DNA of 58,873 nt, counting the filler, from Sphacelaria rigidula (taxonomy: Eukaryota), in assembly GCA_964200075.2 (NCBI GenBank). It is 5 parts of 5 records of this genome, joined end to end, with 100 filler letters (N's around TTAATTAATTAA, not from the genome) between each part and the next. Parts side by side here need not be neighbours in the genome. Positions count along the whole stretch, not along the records: positions 11,798 to 23,491 come from CAXNAA020004616.1; positions 23,592 to 35,285 come from CAXNAA020004617.1; 3 more parts are not named here. One strand, 5' to 3'. Both the position numbers and the translations under genes were made by a program. Under the pieces are notes generated by a model, which was given only the letters and a program-made list of their open reading frames with translations, had not been told where the DNA came from and made no database searches. This document shows positions 11,860 to 23,895 of this stretch, piece after piece (position 1 is the stretch's first letter; every line of letters starts with the position of its first letter).

Positions 11860-14800
11860 GGCGGCTTTTCTAAAGGCTACTTTTAACGCAGTAGCCTCTT
11901 GCCGGTGGCGTAGATCCGATTGGCTGCGGTCTTCGCGTCGCCACGCCTCCTCAAACTGTTCCGCCTCTTTCTCGACCTTCAAGTCTCATTTCCCCCACGT
12001 TCATCGCCACAGTGATGTAGTCTTGCGAGGTTTTGACCTCGATATCGCAGACGAACCACTCCCTTCCCCCTTGCTTGGCACAGTCCCTAGCGCACGCAGG
12101 TCCACCTGAAGGCGTCCCCCGCCCGGTGATTGAAAGCCAGCCAGCGTCTTTGGGCTCTTGTTTGGGCAGCCGTCCGAACATGGTGCGTTTGGAAAGACTT
12201 GTTTCGTCCTGCTGGTTCCCTGCGAACTACAATTGACGCTTTCGGGTGATCGTCTCGGTACGCTCGCAGTTCGTAGACTCGAGCACAGCTCTATGCGAAA
12301 GAGGATTGTGCTCAGTACGATCCTTACTGCGGAAACTGACAGCTCGCAGGAAGGCATGTGGTGGGCAGTGGGGAATTTTTCGAAGTCCTCGGGGCGGAGT
12401 GTCCATATAGCACATCCGTACGACACAGGTTCCACCACTTCCACTTCGAGTTGCCGGAGTGGGAGAGAGAGTCTGGCGTCGAGCCGATCGTATAGCTGGA
12501 GCGCGTGTAATCGAAGGTACGTCCACGCAGGAAGAGCGAAATGTTGTCAGACAACTCTTCGCGTGTTTATTGTTGTACACGACGGGCACCAACTAAATGC
12601 CTCTTCCCCCCCTTTGTAAAAAAAGGAGGCGATTTCGACCACCCTCTATCGTTGAACGGCTCGCAGTGCTGACGGGGCGCTTGATTCCGATAGGAATACT
12701 CGCAATCTGCGCTACAGCACCGCCAAGGTAGACACACTTGGTTATCTGCTTGTACCGTTGATTTGCCGCCTTGACACGCAGTACCGTCTCTGGAGAGCGG
12801 GGTGCTGACCACAGGCGCATGACCTCCCTTACTTTCCTTTTCTTGCGGCACTTTAACAGTGACGCCCTTTCCCTCCGGCGGTATCCCGTCAGACGTTCGA
12901 GCAATGACGATGATACTAAACAAAATCTCCGAGGGCTCCCCGACCAACACAAGCTCGAGGAATTTAGTCCGATCAATCTGGTCCAATCGATTTCCTATTA
13001 CCCATAGCTCTTAGTGTTTTTTCAATTTTAGTGAGGCCTGGCGGATTACGACGTGGCCGCGCTGTCGGCCGTTTCGCGATGTTTTCGATAACGGCTCGAT
13101 CAAGAGTTGCCGATATTGCATCCAGCAAGTTGGAGGAATATCGCGCTCAGCTCTCATAAATTGGACCTTCGTGCTGCAGTAGGTTCTCGTCCCTGTCCTG
13201 AATATACTGCTGACTCTCTACTTCTTTTCCCAGCAGACTCCGCTCTCCTTTCAGATGCTCGTGCCACCCCCTCATATCCCACAGTCTAGTGTACTCTTCT
13301 GGTTCCGTCGCGTACATATTGAGGTGCCCACCTTTCCACCCTCGCCTGGATCACCGCTTTGAGCCCTCCTGCACACTACTCGCAAAGCGCACCATGCGCG
13401 GCTACTTCTCGACCCTATTTCATCGTCAACCTCGCCCTTCACCGTTCATATCAAACCTGCTCGAGCTTTGCTCGGATTGCAGCATCCTCGAACCATCTTG
13501 ATAAATTGCTTTCGGATCGGACAGGGCATCACCGTCTCAGCGGAGCTCAGGAGGATGTCGGCAAAGTTCGCTGCCGTTTGACCGCTTGTATCGCAAGTTA
13601 TACCCCGGCTGAGCTCGCTGATGATGAGCTGCGTGAGTTTCTCATCTCTATCGGTGTCAGACGTTATCGCTCACCTGTCCATGCGTTTATGTCCGGTAGG
13701 GGTCCACCGAGATCTGTTGCGTGCGAGTCGACCAAGAAGGCTCACCGAGGTGCACATGATAGTGTGTTTTGAGTCGTCGGCGAAGTGGGCGCTTGAACGT
13801 AGACGGTGACACGTGCGCAATCATGAACCCAATGCACTTGTGGTCCGCGGGACCTTTGGTAACACCGTTAAACTTATATGCTGTGTTTTCCTTGGGGTTG
13901 GGGGAAAACGTGTTGACCAGGGCAAGTCTGCTCCCACCTGTAGTCTGTAGCAACGCAATGCCATTCGTGCCACTTCTCGGGAGTCCTAGTGGTATGTCCC
14001 CACCATTCCGAAGTCATCCTCTCCCGTTCTAAACCCAGTCCTAGCGTTGGAGTCTATCAAAACAAGCAGATGGTCATCGTTCGGAATGCCGTTGACAGTG
14101 CTGTCCAACTTAGTCAAGCTTAGTCCAGAACATCATTGTGTGTGTGTGTGTCTATGTCTCTCTGTCTCTCTTCTCTCCTTGACGTGTCCGTGGGAGCATG
14201 GACAGCCACAGCCGTAAGGGCACTTGATTTACCTGCTAGGTTGAAAGTCATCGACATGAGGCATTCGCTGATGAACACCTGTATCCACGTTACGTTGTTA
14301 ACGATAGACTCCTTGACCACCAACTCAATTCCTTGTTGCTCAGACCTTCCCTTGCTCCCTTTCACAGAAGAAGCCGTTTTCCGCGGGAGGTCACTCACTT
14401 CTGTCCTGGCCGTGTCGTCTTCGGCAGTCCGAGATTGCCACACCCGACTTTGTACCATTTTTGCAAAACCACTACAGCATGGCCAGCCCCATTCTTTTTC
14501 GTGAGGGACAATGTGCGGGCGTTTGAGAACGCCACTATCGGCCCCCCTATCCGCGATCTAGCTCTACTTTTTCCTACACCTACACTCTTTACACCGCCCT
14601 CCCTATTTGCCCTTTCCCTCCAGAATATCATTTTCTGTTATGCTTTTATTTTTTCCCCTTGGTCTATCTCCCCAGGGAGCTATCCCGCCTTGTATTTGGG
14701 TCTCACGAGGACGGTGAAGCCATTCTAGCCCGCTTCGGCCGCTCGCTCCAGTCTGCCGAATCTCACTCTTACTGACACGTATCTCATCTCCATCGACGTT

Positions 14801-14930
14801 CGTCAGTGACAATGTCTTCACGCTGGATACACATCCGCAGCTGCGGGATTGAGCATGGTCTTAGTACTGGGCGGAGCCCCGCAGCTACTGGCTTTAGCTT
14901 TAGTTCAACAGCATCGACGAGACCGACAGG
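11860..14930 (-). mobile_element. Degenerate RTE-like non-LTR retrotransposon, probably intronic in the KAP gene
   Basis: APE endonuclease fragments (NARTLSL near 14510, VAVHAPT near 14200, LALVNTF near 13920), RT C-terminal CVYLGG near 12730, and YGCAIWTL / KRTMFGRL tail at 12420-12170. Many frameshifts; most of the RT core appears deleted. Boundaries approximate. Confidence 0.8.
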
Positions 14931-15273
14931 CTAGGCTGTGTATTGCACCAGCACTGACGCAGTACACGGACTAGTCTGTAGGCCATATACTACGCGTGTG
15001 GTTGTGTCGTTTGGAGGCTGGTTGGGGGTAGGATACTCGGACACAGCCAGCTCCAGTGTACTACATGCAGAGACGCAGGGGATAAAAATACAGATGCCTA
15101 CGACGTACCTTGGCACCAGAACATTATCCATAAAAACGCTGCTGTACGTGTGGGACACAACCCGTCTTGTATTTTTCCCGATCATTCGACGGAGGCATCC
15201 CAATGTTCGGTGAGATAAATGTCTAGACGTTTTTCTTCTCCTTCATTCCTGCAACCACCGCACGTAGTGGTAC

Positions 15274-15430
15274 CTCTTTGCGCAGAGCTAGGCCGAAACT
15301 GTCCTCGACGGCCGCTTCGATGATGCGTGGGTCGACAGCCAAGAGCACGATGATGGGAGTATCATGGCCGGCTTCGGTCAGGAGGAGATGGACAGCGTGA
15401 AGCATCTGCACTATCTTCTTCTGCTCGCAT
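15274..15430 (-). CDS. KAP NTPase exon 10
   Basis: cccag|A (completes Arg) CEQKKIVQMLHAVHLLLTEAGHDTPIIVLLAVDPRIIEAAVEDSFGLALRKE|gtacca. Confidence 0.92.
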
Positions 15431-18400
15431 CTGGGTTCGGTTGTTTTATGAAAAAACGAGGCATCGTTTACGTGGGAACCAGAAGGTGATATTCGCGACA
15501 GACGACAGTTTTGCACTACTGACCGGGCATTGCGGAATAATATGTGCATCTTTCAGCAAGTGTACCACTTGCGAAACCTCGGGCTTTGCTGCCAGAATCA
15601 TTCTCATTTCCGGAGTACGCAATAAAAATAACAGGTGTTGTACTGGGAAAAAACTTCAGCCTGAGAGCAACACAAAGTTCGACGAATTTTACGTTCTGGT
15701 GAAAAACGAACAAAGCAGCCTCGAATACAAATCCCAGGAAAGCGATTGAAATTATCGTGAGCGATTGAAAGTGATCGATAAAACCGCGGCTGATGGGCAT
15801 CCAGTGAACATTCGCCTTTCGGTATCCCCACGTTTCCAGAGTCATGGTGACGTAGGCGCTGCACATCTGAACCCAGACTTTTCTCATTGAGGGATCCTGA
15901 AGTTAGGAGCTACGCACGAGTTATGGATCAGGACATTCCCGTTTCAAAATTCATTACAAACGTCCCCAGCCCTTTGGAATGCTAATCGCGGCGTGCTTTC
16001 ACATACTTCATACGTCGTTTTATTGGATGGGATAGAGGGTTCCCAAGAACTCAAACCTCGGGAAAAATTAGTGTACCCTATCTTAACACTCCTCCAAGCC
16101 CCGCAAAGAGTCCCTAGTCCTACCCGAGAACATTTCGAACCGATTTTCATATGGTCATCCGCAAGCCTGCTGTCGTGCCATATTTTTCACCGGAATGTTA
16201 GATAACGCGTGAGTGTACTCATTCCACGAGGTGTTCAGCGCACTGTGTGCGCCTTATACAGGGAGTTGGGGCAGTATAGCACAAGGTGAAAAAAACTACG
16301 TTGACAAATTCCTGCATGGTACACCTCTGCCATGGTTCGCCGACGGTATAGTGCGCTGTACCTGTCCAGGTCATCGATCGTGACCACCATTGTTATCTCC
16401 ACATCTCTGTCCTTCTTGTCATTGTGTTTCTTGATCACCTATAACAGTACAATGGGGCATAGTTGAGGGGAATTGTAGAGATTGGTTCGGAAGCTCCGAT
16501 ATTGGATATGGACAGCTTGGATTTACGTGGACATAATTTCGTCCGCTTCGCAGCCATGTCGGTAGTCTGAATGACAATCGAGCGCGATTCCATCAGCCAT
16601 CGGCCCTGCTGGGGCGAGTCCTCCCGTATTGACTCCTTGTGGTGACGTGGGACCAGATACGAGGAGCACGGTACAACTCGTTACTCCTCACACGCAGCCC
16701 CTTGGTATATCCAACGTTTGAACCACGCCAGCACCTCCATTTCAGTCCGCCTGAGTACGACTTTGCGTCGGGCTGTCGGGCACTGTGCCTGGTGCGTTGT
16801 CCGCTATCATGAATGAAAGGATATTGGCTGGCCTCAAGAAGTGTTCAACCTCATAATAAGAGAACTTTGAGACGATAGGATATGTAGGTGCGACCTATAT
16901 GAGCTACGTGCTTCAGCTGTTGAGAAGCGGCTGCACAGCGTCCATTCTTCGAGAGCAGGTTACCCAATGCGGTATCACAGCGAAGGCAGCAGTCCGACTA
17001 GACACGGCGTGTACTATCGCATAACCTGCACCTTAGACATGGAAATATGGGGCGTCCACCTGGAACCTCAAATCTCTATCTGGGACTCCTATCTGGGACT
17101 TCTATTTTCGCCCGTACAGCACACGACATTCAACAAGTAAACGCTAGTAACCGATGCACTGAATACATACAAAATACTTGAAGTTTATAGACGAACCGCT
17201 GCATCCCGTTGGTCTAACTGGTACAACACCGGCCACTTGGGACGGGAAGGTTTGAGTCCGAAATTCGATGGATACGGTCTTTTGGGGCACAATATGACAT
17301 CTATCCATGGAAGCTTGACGACGTGAGTAGCGAAGAAAATTCGACAAAATTCGATGCGGTACAAGATTTGTGATCCAGCCTTCGCTGAGTAAATTTCAGG
17401 CAGTTACCGAGGGAGAGATGGGTCGTTCTCTTGAGACTGCGGACACGACCCGAGGAGTTCGGGAGGGGGGCGTGACGTACGACGAAAAAACAGCAGTAAC
17501 CGCAAACGCGTGCACTGCAATGCACGTTACCAGTGAATGCTTATCCAGATGTGTGCCCTACCATCTCACATTGCACTGCGAACTACCAGCGCATGCTATC
17601 CTAGATCATCAGTACGCAGTGCACTGCTGGTCAACGGACTTTAACACTGGATTTTACAAATTGGGGATGGGTTTTTTATTGAGGATGAGAAACCCGGAGA
17701 ACTAAAATCTCCGTATCCACACCAAATCTTCAAAATATGGTTCCATTTCTTCACTTGCTGGTAGCTAATGACAACTGCCACACGCCATACAAATTTGGAG
17801 TCCGATAACCGAAACGTTGGGGTTCTAGATGAAAAACCAATTTTGGGGAACGTCGGCGATCTGATCGGATCATCTTAATTCCTCAAAATTGTTCCTTCGC
17901 CTAGGACCCCAACATGTCGGTTATCAGGATCCGAATTCGTATGGCGTGTAGTAGTTGCCAATAGCTACCAGTAGGTGAAGGAGTGTAATTGTATTCCGAA
18001 GATTTGGGCTCGAAGATTTCAACTCTCCGGGTTTTTATCGTCAATAAATAATCAATTCCCAATTTGCATATCCCGTGTTCTAGGGCCAGGGTCAGGGCCA
18101 CGGTTGTCTACTTGATTCAGTTGAGTTGGCATGAATCTGCATCCAAGCAGAGTAGCGTCCCGGTCTACTTCCCGCTACATCCCTCATGGCCGAACCTATA
18201 TCCCGCGGCCCGAGGTGGTGGCTGTCGACGCCTCATATGGAGCTTGCGCGACAAAGCAGGGCTTCCCACTCGAAGAAGCACGCTCAATCGCACACTTGAC
18301 TGCACTCATATCTGTTAATCTTACCGCAAAGCATATCTAGATGGGCATGCGACGAGAGCCACTCGAATATCATTTCACAAGCACCTTCGCGCGGAGACGA

Positions 18401-21400
18401 CACTGCAGTACATGTGACTCACACCAAAAAGCATTTCGAGCTCACTGCGCACGGTGGCCATCAACCCTCCGCTCACTTCGCCTGCTTCGCTTCCGGTCTC
18501 CAGCGACACAATTTTTTCCAGAATCTTCCCGCCCTGACTCCGCCAGAGGAGTGGGGCCACCTTAGTCGATGAACGACAGCGCGTGCGAGGATTCATTCCA
18601 TGGACATCAGGCCAAAGATATGTAACGACCACGGCCATCGTTCTTTGCGATCTCGAGCACGAATCAGCCGTGTCCTTGCTTGGCTCATTACAGCTGTTCC
18701 TATCCCTCCCCGCAGGCAGCGCACAATGCAAAGGCATACATGTGCATCATCGCTGTACGGTACGTGGAGGAAGAAGAGGTGCCATCGCCTGTGTAGTTTT
18801 TAGACTCAACGTGTCACCTCTTCTTCCGCTCTCCGAATTATCGAGCAGATGTTGCAGATGTACTTGATGCCAGTCGCTGGAGAAGAGAAGATATACCGCA
18901 AGTTGCGCGTCCAACTCCTCCGACGTATCATATTCGGGTAACTTATGTCCACACGCACATCACGGTAGACTACCGAGCGCATAAAAATGTACTAACGGTG
19001 CTAATTCTTACCTTGTGCATGAGCTATATCTCGTATCCTCACCCTCTCCGCCCCCGCCCTCGATTTTGTGGGACGGACGATCAAACTCTAGCTTTCAGCA
19101 CACATCACTCGGTGGGGAGCCAGCTGACACTGTATCTTTCACCTTGAGAAAAGCGGGAGCTACAACGGCCAAGCTAACTCCGGTATATTTTGCCCAATTC
19201 CAGAGGTCCGACAGCTCGTCTTGCAGCCATATAACCAACACCGCGATCACGGCCGCCACCACAAGCCAGAAACACATGGATGATTGGATCCACGATGATA
19301 GGCTGAGATCGTCGAGCTCCTTCACCAGAAGAATGATGAGAAGGGTCAAAACGTCAACACAACGCAGGCATTTCAAGCAATTGAATGAAAGTGAAACGTG
19401 TCAACAAACAGGACGCCAGGAGGAGAGCCGCTACTATCTTGGAATAAATCGTCGACATCAACATCAAAATGATGAGTATCATCATTCCTATTATATCATC
19501 AGCATCATGTTCACCTTCAGCGCACGCGCATGTCGCACCGTGTCACTGCCGAATTGTGGGCATGCCTCCACCTGTAGAAAAAGTGGAGAGCAGCCGATGG
19601 AAATGTAATGTCGTTAGGCATCCTCGGCGGCACAGCTACCGCCCGCGATGCTCGATTACCCGTAGCCTCACATTCGTGACTTAAGGCGTACCGCCCTTAT
19701 GCACTTTACCATACAGCATCAAAGTCACCGCACACGAAGAGTACCTCGACACCATACGAACCGGAATTGGGGGCAGTGACAAAGGAGCAAGCCATACCGT
19801 AGTCCAATAACGGCCTGCGCCGAGGTGGAGACTCCATAGCACAACAAGCATACGTTCCCAAAGCAGCCTCTGCTTCGGGCTGGCTCACGTCAGCGCTTGC
19901 CTTTTCGGAAGAACATCACATGTTCGCCGTTTGCGAAATTGCACATCGTTCCTCGCGAATGATCGCTATGCTCACCTCCTTGAATATTTTTTCGATAAGA
20001 GCACCCCACAGCACCGTGGAGCCCTGAGTTACGCAGCGAACGAGGGGGGTCGGCGAAAAAGGGTAGTATGAATGCTGCCTTCAACGAAATGCACCTCCGG
20101 GAATCACACTCTAGCATTTGCTAAGCAGGGTTAGACCCACCACCGCCTGAATGGTAAAGTTATGATCCTGAGTATTATCGCCGCCTTGGGGGTATTGGGC
20201 CGCTCAGCTTTACTCAAGAAAAGGGTGGTGATGGAGGGATTTGTGCCCGTATCTCATTCTCATCCCACCGTAGATCTGAAGAGTATACAACCACCTTCCA
20301 CACTCTTCGTTGCACGACTGACCTGAAATTCCCAAGCGCTGTATTCGACGTGGATATACTCGTGTCGCTTCTCGACCTTCGCCTCAGTGGTGGCGTCTGT
20401 TGGCACCGCTGGGACTCGACCTGTCAATTCTTGGTCGTCTTCGTTGCCCTCGAGAAATCTTCTTGAGACCGTCCCTTGTTCTTCGTCTGCCGGTATCACG
20501 TACTTGCTATCGAGGTGTCAAACATAGCGACGGAACGGGGACGTGTGCGGCGCCGATGACATCATCCACACAATCGGAGCTCCATGAATATAGTGCGCTT
20601 TGACACGTAGGCCTGACTCGACACGTTTCTCGAGTAGGAGGTATCTTATCCTACACACTTTTTTTCTCCACTTACTCCCGTCGCCGAACACAACCCGTCA
20701 ACTTCAGAATCACCGGTAACTGCCAGAGAGTTCACTATCAGTGACATCTGGTCAAATTGTTTCCCCGCTAAGGTATCCCATTGTCTCTGACAATCAAATA
20801 CTCCAAATGTAATACACTTCATTGGCCGACCTTTTCCGCCGTGAATATGAGGACCGTCGCATGCGACGTGCCACCTTTGCAAGTACCCGCTCACTACCCG
20901 TTCAAGGATCGCTTGCCACATAAGATTCGTAGGGCTCACCTCTCGCCCCTCATGAACCGTACAATTCTAGCCACACCCACTGCCTTGGGGGCCAACTTTG
21001 GCGGGGCCGAGCCCTTGCGTGATGTGAACCTCTCGGTCGTTATTTTGATCGTGTCGGTGAGCCACTGTGAAGCTCTTGACTTCGAGCAGGCTGTGCCCTC
21101 TACAATCTTCTCCAGTTTGCTCTTGAGTAGCCCAACTGACGTGCCGATAACCGTAAAGGCAAATGTCAGGAATAGCCCTGCCCTGAACAAGTGCATGCAT
21201 GGTGGGGGAGAAATGGGCAGGCTGGATGTGCGGTTCCTTGCCAGGGGGGTGAGGAACATTTTGAGCACTCTCGTTTCGTGGTAGTAGCGCCGCTAGCGGT
21301 TGGGACGCCGACCAACGGCTGTGTGGAAGCATTTGGGGGGGTTGTGAGATTGGGCTAACTTTCATCTAATGCGTACTGTTGTTAACCATGTGAAGAATGG

Positions 21401-22746
21401 CCCATCGCGGGAGACCGTGTGCAGAATTAAGTCGAGATGAATTCGCAAACAATGAATGTTTTCAACCGCTCGAGAAGCGGAAGCTTGGGGTTCTACTGGC
21501 CAAAGGGAATCTGTGATGAGTGGAGACTCACGAAGGCTCGACGATATTTCATGCGCGCGGAGACCTGCCGACATGCGTTGCTCTCGGTGCCGCATGGATT
21601 CTCATGAATGCAACAGTTACTCCTCGGGCATGAAGCACTACTCAACATTACCCAAACCTGGTATTTTTCACGGCTGACCATGCGCCGCGCTTTGTGCTGC
21701 ATTTCGTCAAGCAGCGCTTGACCTCGCGCAGCAAGAATGACTGTGACCAGGCAGAATAGAAGGGGTACCGACCAAAAGGCACGGAAAGGGAGACACGATG
21801 TAGAAGTGAATATTTGAACACTGCAAGATTGTTTCAAAGCGATCTTTTTACGGGGTTTTTGGTCAACAAGACTCTTAGCACGGTTAACGTTTGACCCCAA
21901 GATTCGGTATCGAGATAAATAAGTACCCGTCATCCCTCAACGGACCAAGGTGATTCGCATGGTCGATTTTGGTCGACATACCGACTAGCCGGTTGTCTGG
22001 GGTCCTACGAGTGTACAACCCCATGTTCCCGCTCTTTGACAGACTTAGCTTCGTGCTTTTTTTTTGTAGCTATTCACTGCTATTCATCCGAAGAAACCGT
22101 GTATCTGGACCAAATACGGCGAGAAAAACTTCCTGATAACACGGGGTTGCGCTCCGCACCGCTCCGACAACAAGATATTGCGAAATATATCCTGTGCACG
22201 ATCCGCTTATTCCACTAACGTCCACCGATTCTCGAACCTTCGAATGAAGATGATGAATCATGCGCGAAGAACCTCCACATTACATGGATCAAGTATCTGA
22301 ATGTTGACTACTGCAGGACGTCGATAACATGATACAGGTGGGACATTACCTTGAAGCCAGTTACGGGGTTGAATATTGCCCATCTTGTTCTTCGACTTTT
22401 TTTTTGGAGGGGGGCATTATTCGATTCTGTTGTGCGTGTCTTGCCGTATGTGTGCAGAGGAGATGCGTCTTACGTCCATCTGTGCTGGAATGTGTATGTG
22501 CGCCGGTCATCTCTGATCGTTTTCGTGTAGTACGCCCCAACGTTCACGGTTCGCATCAAAGCTTACCTTTCCGGCGCCCCATGGGGCGAATATGCCTACT
22601 ACGACCGGCTTTTCCATTTGCTCCACGACGTGTGAGAGGGCTTCAGCGAGGTGATCGAAGCTCATTCGGTCGATGCCTTGAATTCCTTCCCGCACGAGAC
22701 GATGTCTTGTTGCCACCGGAGCCACTGATAATCGCGCGATTGTCAT
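15274..22746 (-). CDS. KAP-family P-loop NTPase with inserted hydrophobic helices; spliced gene, at least 10 exons, 3' end not in contig
   Basis: Exons 22746-22567, 21740-21679, 21182-20940, 20506-20323, 20023-19976, 19571-19515, 19319-19143, 18560-18423, 16438-16362 and 15430-15274 join through GT-AG introns with matching phases into 1323 nt (441 codons) without a stop. KAP motifs in order: D-x-MSF, Walker A GIFAPWGAGK|SFLL, VEYSAWEFQ|GSTVLWGAL, hydrophobic pair, GLMATVRSEL, Walker B VVTIDDLDR|C, IVLLAVDPRII. The start codon is uncertain. Confidence 0.9.
16362..16438 (-). CDS. KAP NTPase exon 9 (Walker B)
   Basis: ttatag|VIKKHNDKKDRDVEITMVVTIDDLD+AG|gtacag. Confidence 0.92.
17645..18077. 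mobile_element. Foldback MITE family A in KAP intron 8
   Basis: Collinear with 7276-7712; ttaa|CACTGG...CCCGTG|ttct. Confidence 0.88.
18423..18560 (-). CDS. KAP NTPase exon 8
   Basis: ctaag|VAPLLWRSQGGKILEK...GGLMATVRSELEMLFG|gtgagt; resembles the G-F/L-M-x-x-V-K/R-x-E-L helix that precedes Walker B. Confidence 0.82.
19143..19319 (-). CDS. KAP NTPase exon 7 (predicted transmembrane hairpin)
   Basis: gaag|ELDDLSLSSWIQSSMCFWLVVAAVIAVLVIWLQDELSDLWNWAKYTGVSLAVVAPAFLK|gtgaaa; AAG acceptor follows a long pyrimidine tract. Confidence 0.8.
19515..19571 (-). CDS. KAP NTPase exon 6
   Basis: ttttctacag|VEACPQFGSDTVRHARALK|gtgaac; 57 nt. Confidence 0.8.
19976..20023 (-). CDS. KAP NTPase exon 5
   Basis: actcag|GSTVLWGALIEKIFKE|gtgagc; 48 nt. 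Confidence 0.88.
20323..20506 (-). CDS. KAP NTPase exon 4
   Basis: gatag|C KYVIPADEE...HEYIHVEYSAWEFQ|gtcagt; equivalent of the KAP V-x-FNAW motif. Confidence 0.88.
20940..21182 (-). CDS. KAP NTPase exon 3 (hydrophobic segment)
   Basis: ttgttcag|G (completes TGG) AGLFLTFAFTVIGTSVGLLKSKLEK...MRGE+AG|gtgagc; 243 nt, phase 2 to phase 2. Confidence 0.8.
21679..21740 (-). CDS. KAP NTPase exon 2
   Basis: Pyrimidine tract + cacag|SFLLREVKRCLTKCSTKRGA+TG|gtcagc; completes GK-SFLL and ends in phase 2. Confidence 0.85.
22567..22746 (-). CDS. KAP NTPase exon 1 (Walker A)
   Basis: ...IDRMSFDHLAEALSHVVEQMEKPVVVGIFAPWGAGK then donor gtaagc. The 5' boundary (ATG 22746, or an acceptor near 22725) is uncertain. 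Confidence 0.9.
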
Positions 22747-23491
22747 TCATCCGATTTGTAGTAGCAACAGGCGGGAGCAACGAGGCTTGCGTCAGCTTCG
22801 GGTCGAGAAAGAGCAATCGCTGGCGGCGTCAAAGATCGTTCCAGCGTCCGACCACAGTGCTGTTCAAGGGGCGTGTTGATGGCATCGTGTGGGTAACATT
22901 CGAGGGATATAATTCCTCTGTCCCGTAAGTCAGATGAAATATGGAGTACAGATCGTATCTCCGTAACAAAGGTGCTGACGATGCAATGGTTGGGTCCATA
23001 AGACACGACGCAGACGATGCGACCTATAGCAAAAAAAGAACCCATATTCTCATACATAGGTCAACATATTCCCCATTTGTAATGTTTTTCAATTAGCTGT
23101 TTTGTGACTTTTCGGGTGGAGGAAGTACATGACGGCATGCTGGTTGAGGGCGCGAAAGAGAGCGGCGACGTTGTGAAGGGTGGCAATGTACCACGAGGAG
23201 GCCTTCAAAACGACTTGGGAGTATCTAGCATCAAGACCCGATCACGACGATGACGGTTAAGTAGTTTCACTTGGTTTTCGACGTCATTCAGTCCCCGTAG
23301 CAGGGGTGAGATGCGGCTGTTTTAGGGCTGACTAAAAATGTTTCGGCCGTACGGTCGCATGGTGGAAATGGGTGTACACCCCCCTCCCCCTCCCCCTGGT
23401 TAGACACCCATGAGGCAGTGTAAAAGCCATGGCTGTCTCTCTGGAAGTGGCGATACCACAGAATGAAGCAACTCATTGTTGGCTGTCATCC

Positions 23492-23591
23492 NNNNNNNNN
23501 NNNNNNNNNNNNNNNNNNNNNNNNNNNNNNNNNNNTTAATTAATTAANNNNNNNNNNNNNNNNNNNNNNNNNNNNNNNNNNNNNNNNNNNN
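23492..23591. other. Artificial contig-join spacer
   Basis: Same 100-bp spacer. Confidence 0.98.
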
Positions 23592-23644
23592 CATCACCCC
23601 ACAGAGAGGAGCCTAGTCTGCTTTTCAGATTCGCTTGGCTCCAA

Positions 23645-23895
23645 GGTTTCCAAGGGCAGGTCGAGTAGAGTATAATCAATTGCGAGGTATTTTGAAAGAC
23701 GTACTTGGGGTACTCAAATTAGGGTAGAGTGTTACGAGTCGTGCCCACAAAAGAGATGGGAAGCGATTCCTAGAATTCTACCCCCAGTTTGTGTAAATGA
23801 GTACGCCCCCCCCCCCCCAGTTTGTGTACTCTAAATGCGATTTTTAAAATACCCCGCAATCAAGTATACTCTACTCGACCTACCCTTGAAGGTTT
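23645..23895. repeat. Inverted repeat pair, MITE-like
   Basis: caagggcaggtcgagtagagtata versus tatactctactcgacctacccttg. Confidence 0.7.

Noticed and set aside
15108-15145. Candidate exon 11 (VFMDNVLVP, donor gtacgt)
   Set aside because: It is in the wrong phase after exon 10 (the phase-0 reading hits TAA) and lacks the expected K-I-x-Q-x-P-F motif.
19015-19608. Long plus-strand ORFs 19015-19608, 20781-21284 and 22329-22928
   Set aside because: They are antisense shadows of KAP exons with no recognisable motifs.
22284-22307. Alternative post-Walker-A mini-exon STFRYLIH
   Set aside because: Exon 21740-21679 (SFLLREVK) fits the motif better, has a pyrimidine tract and gives the correct phase to the next exon.
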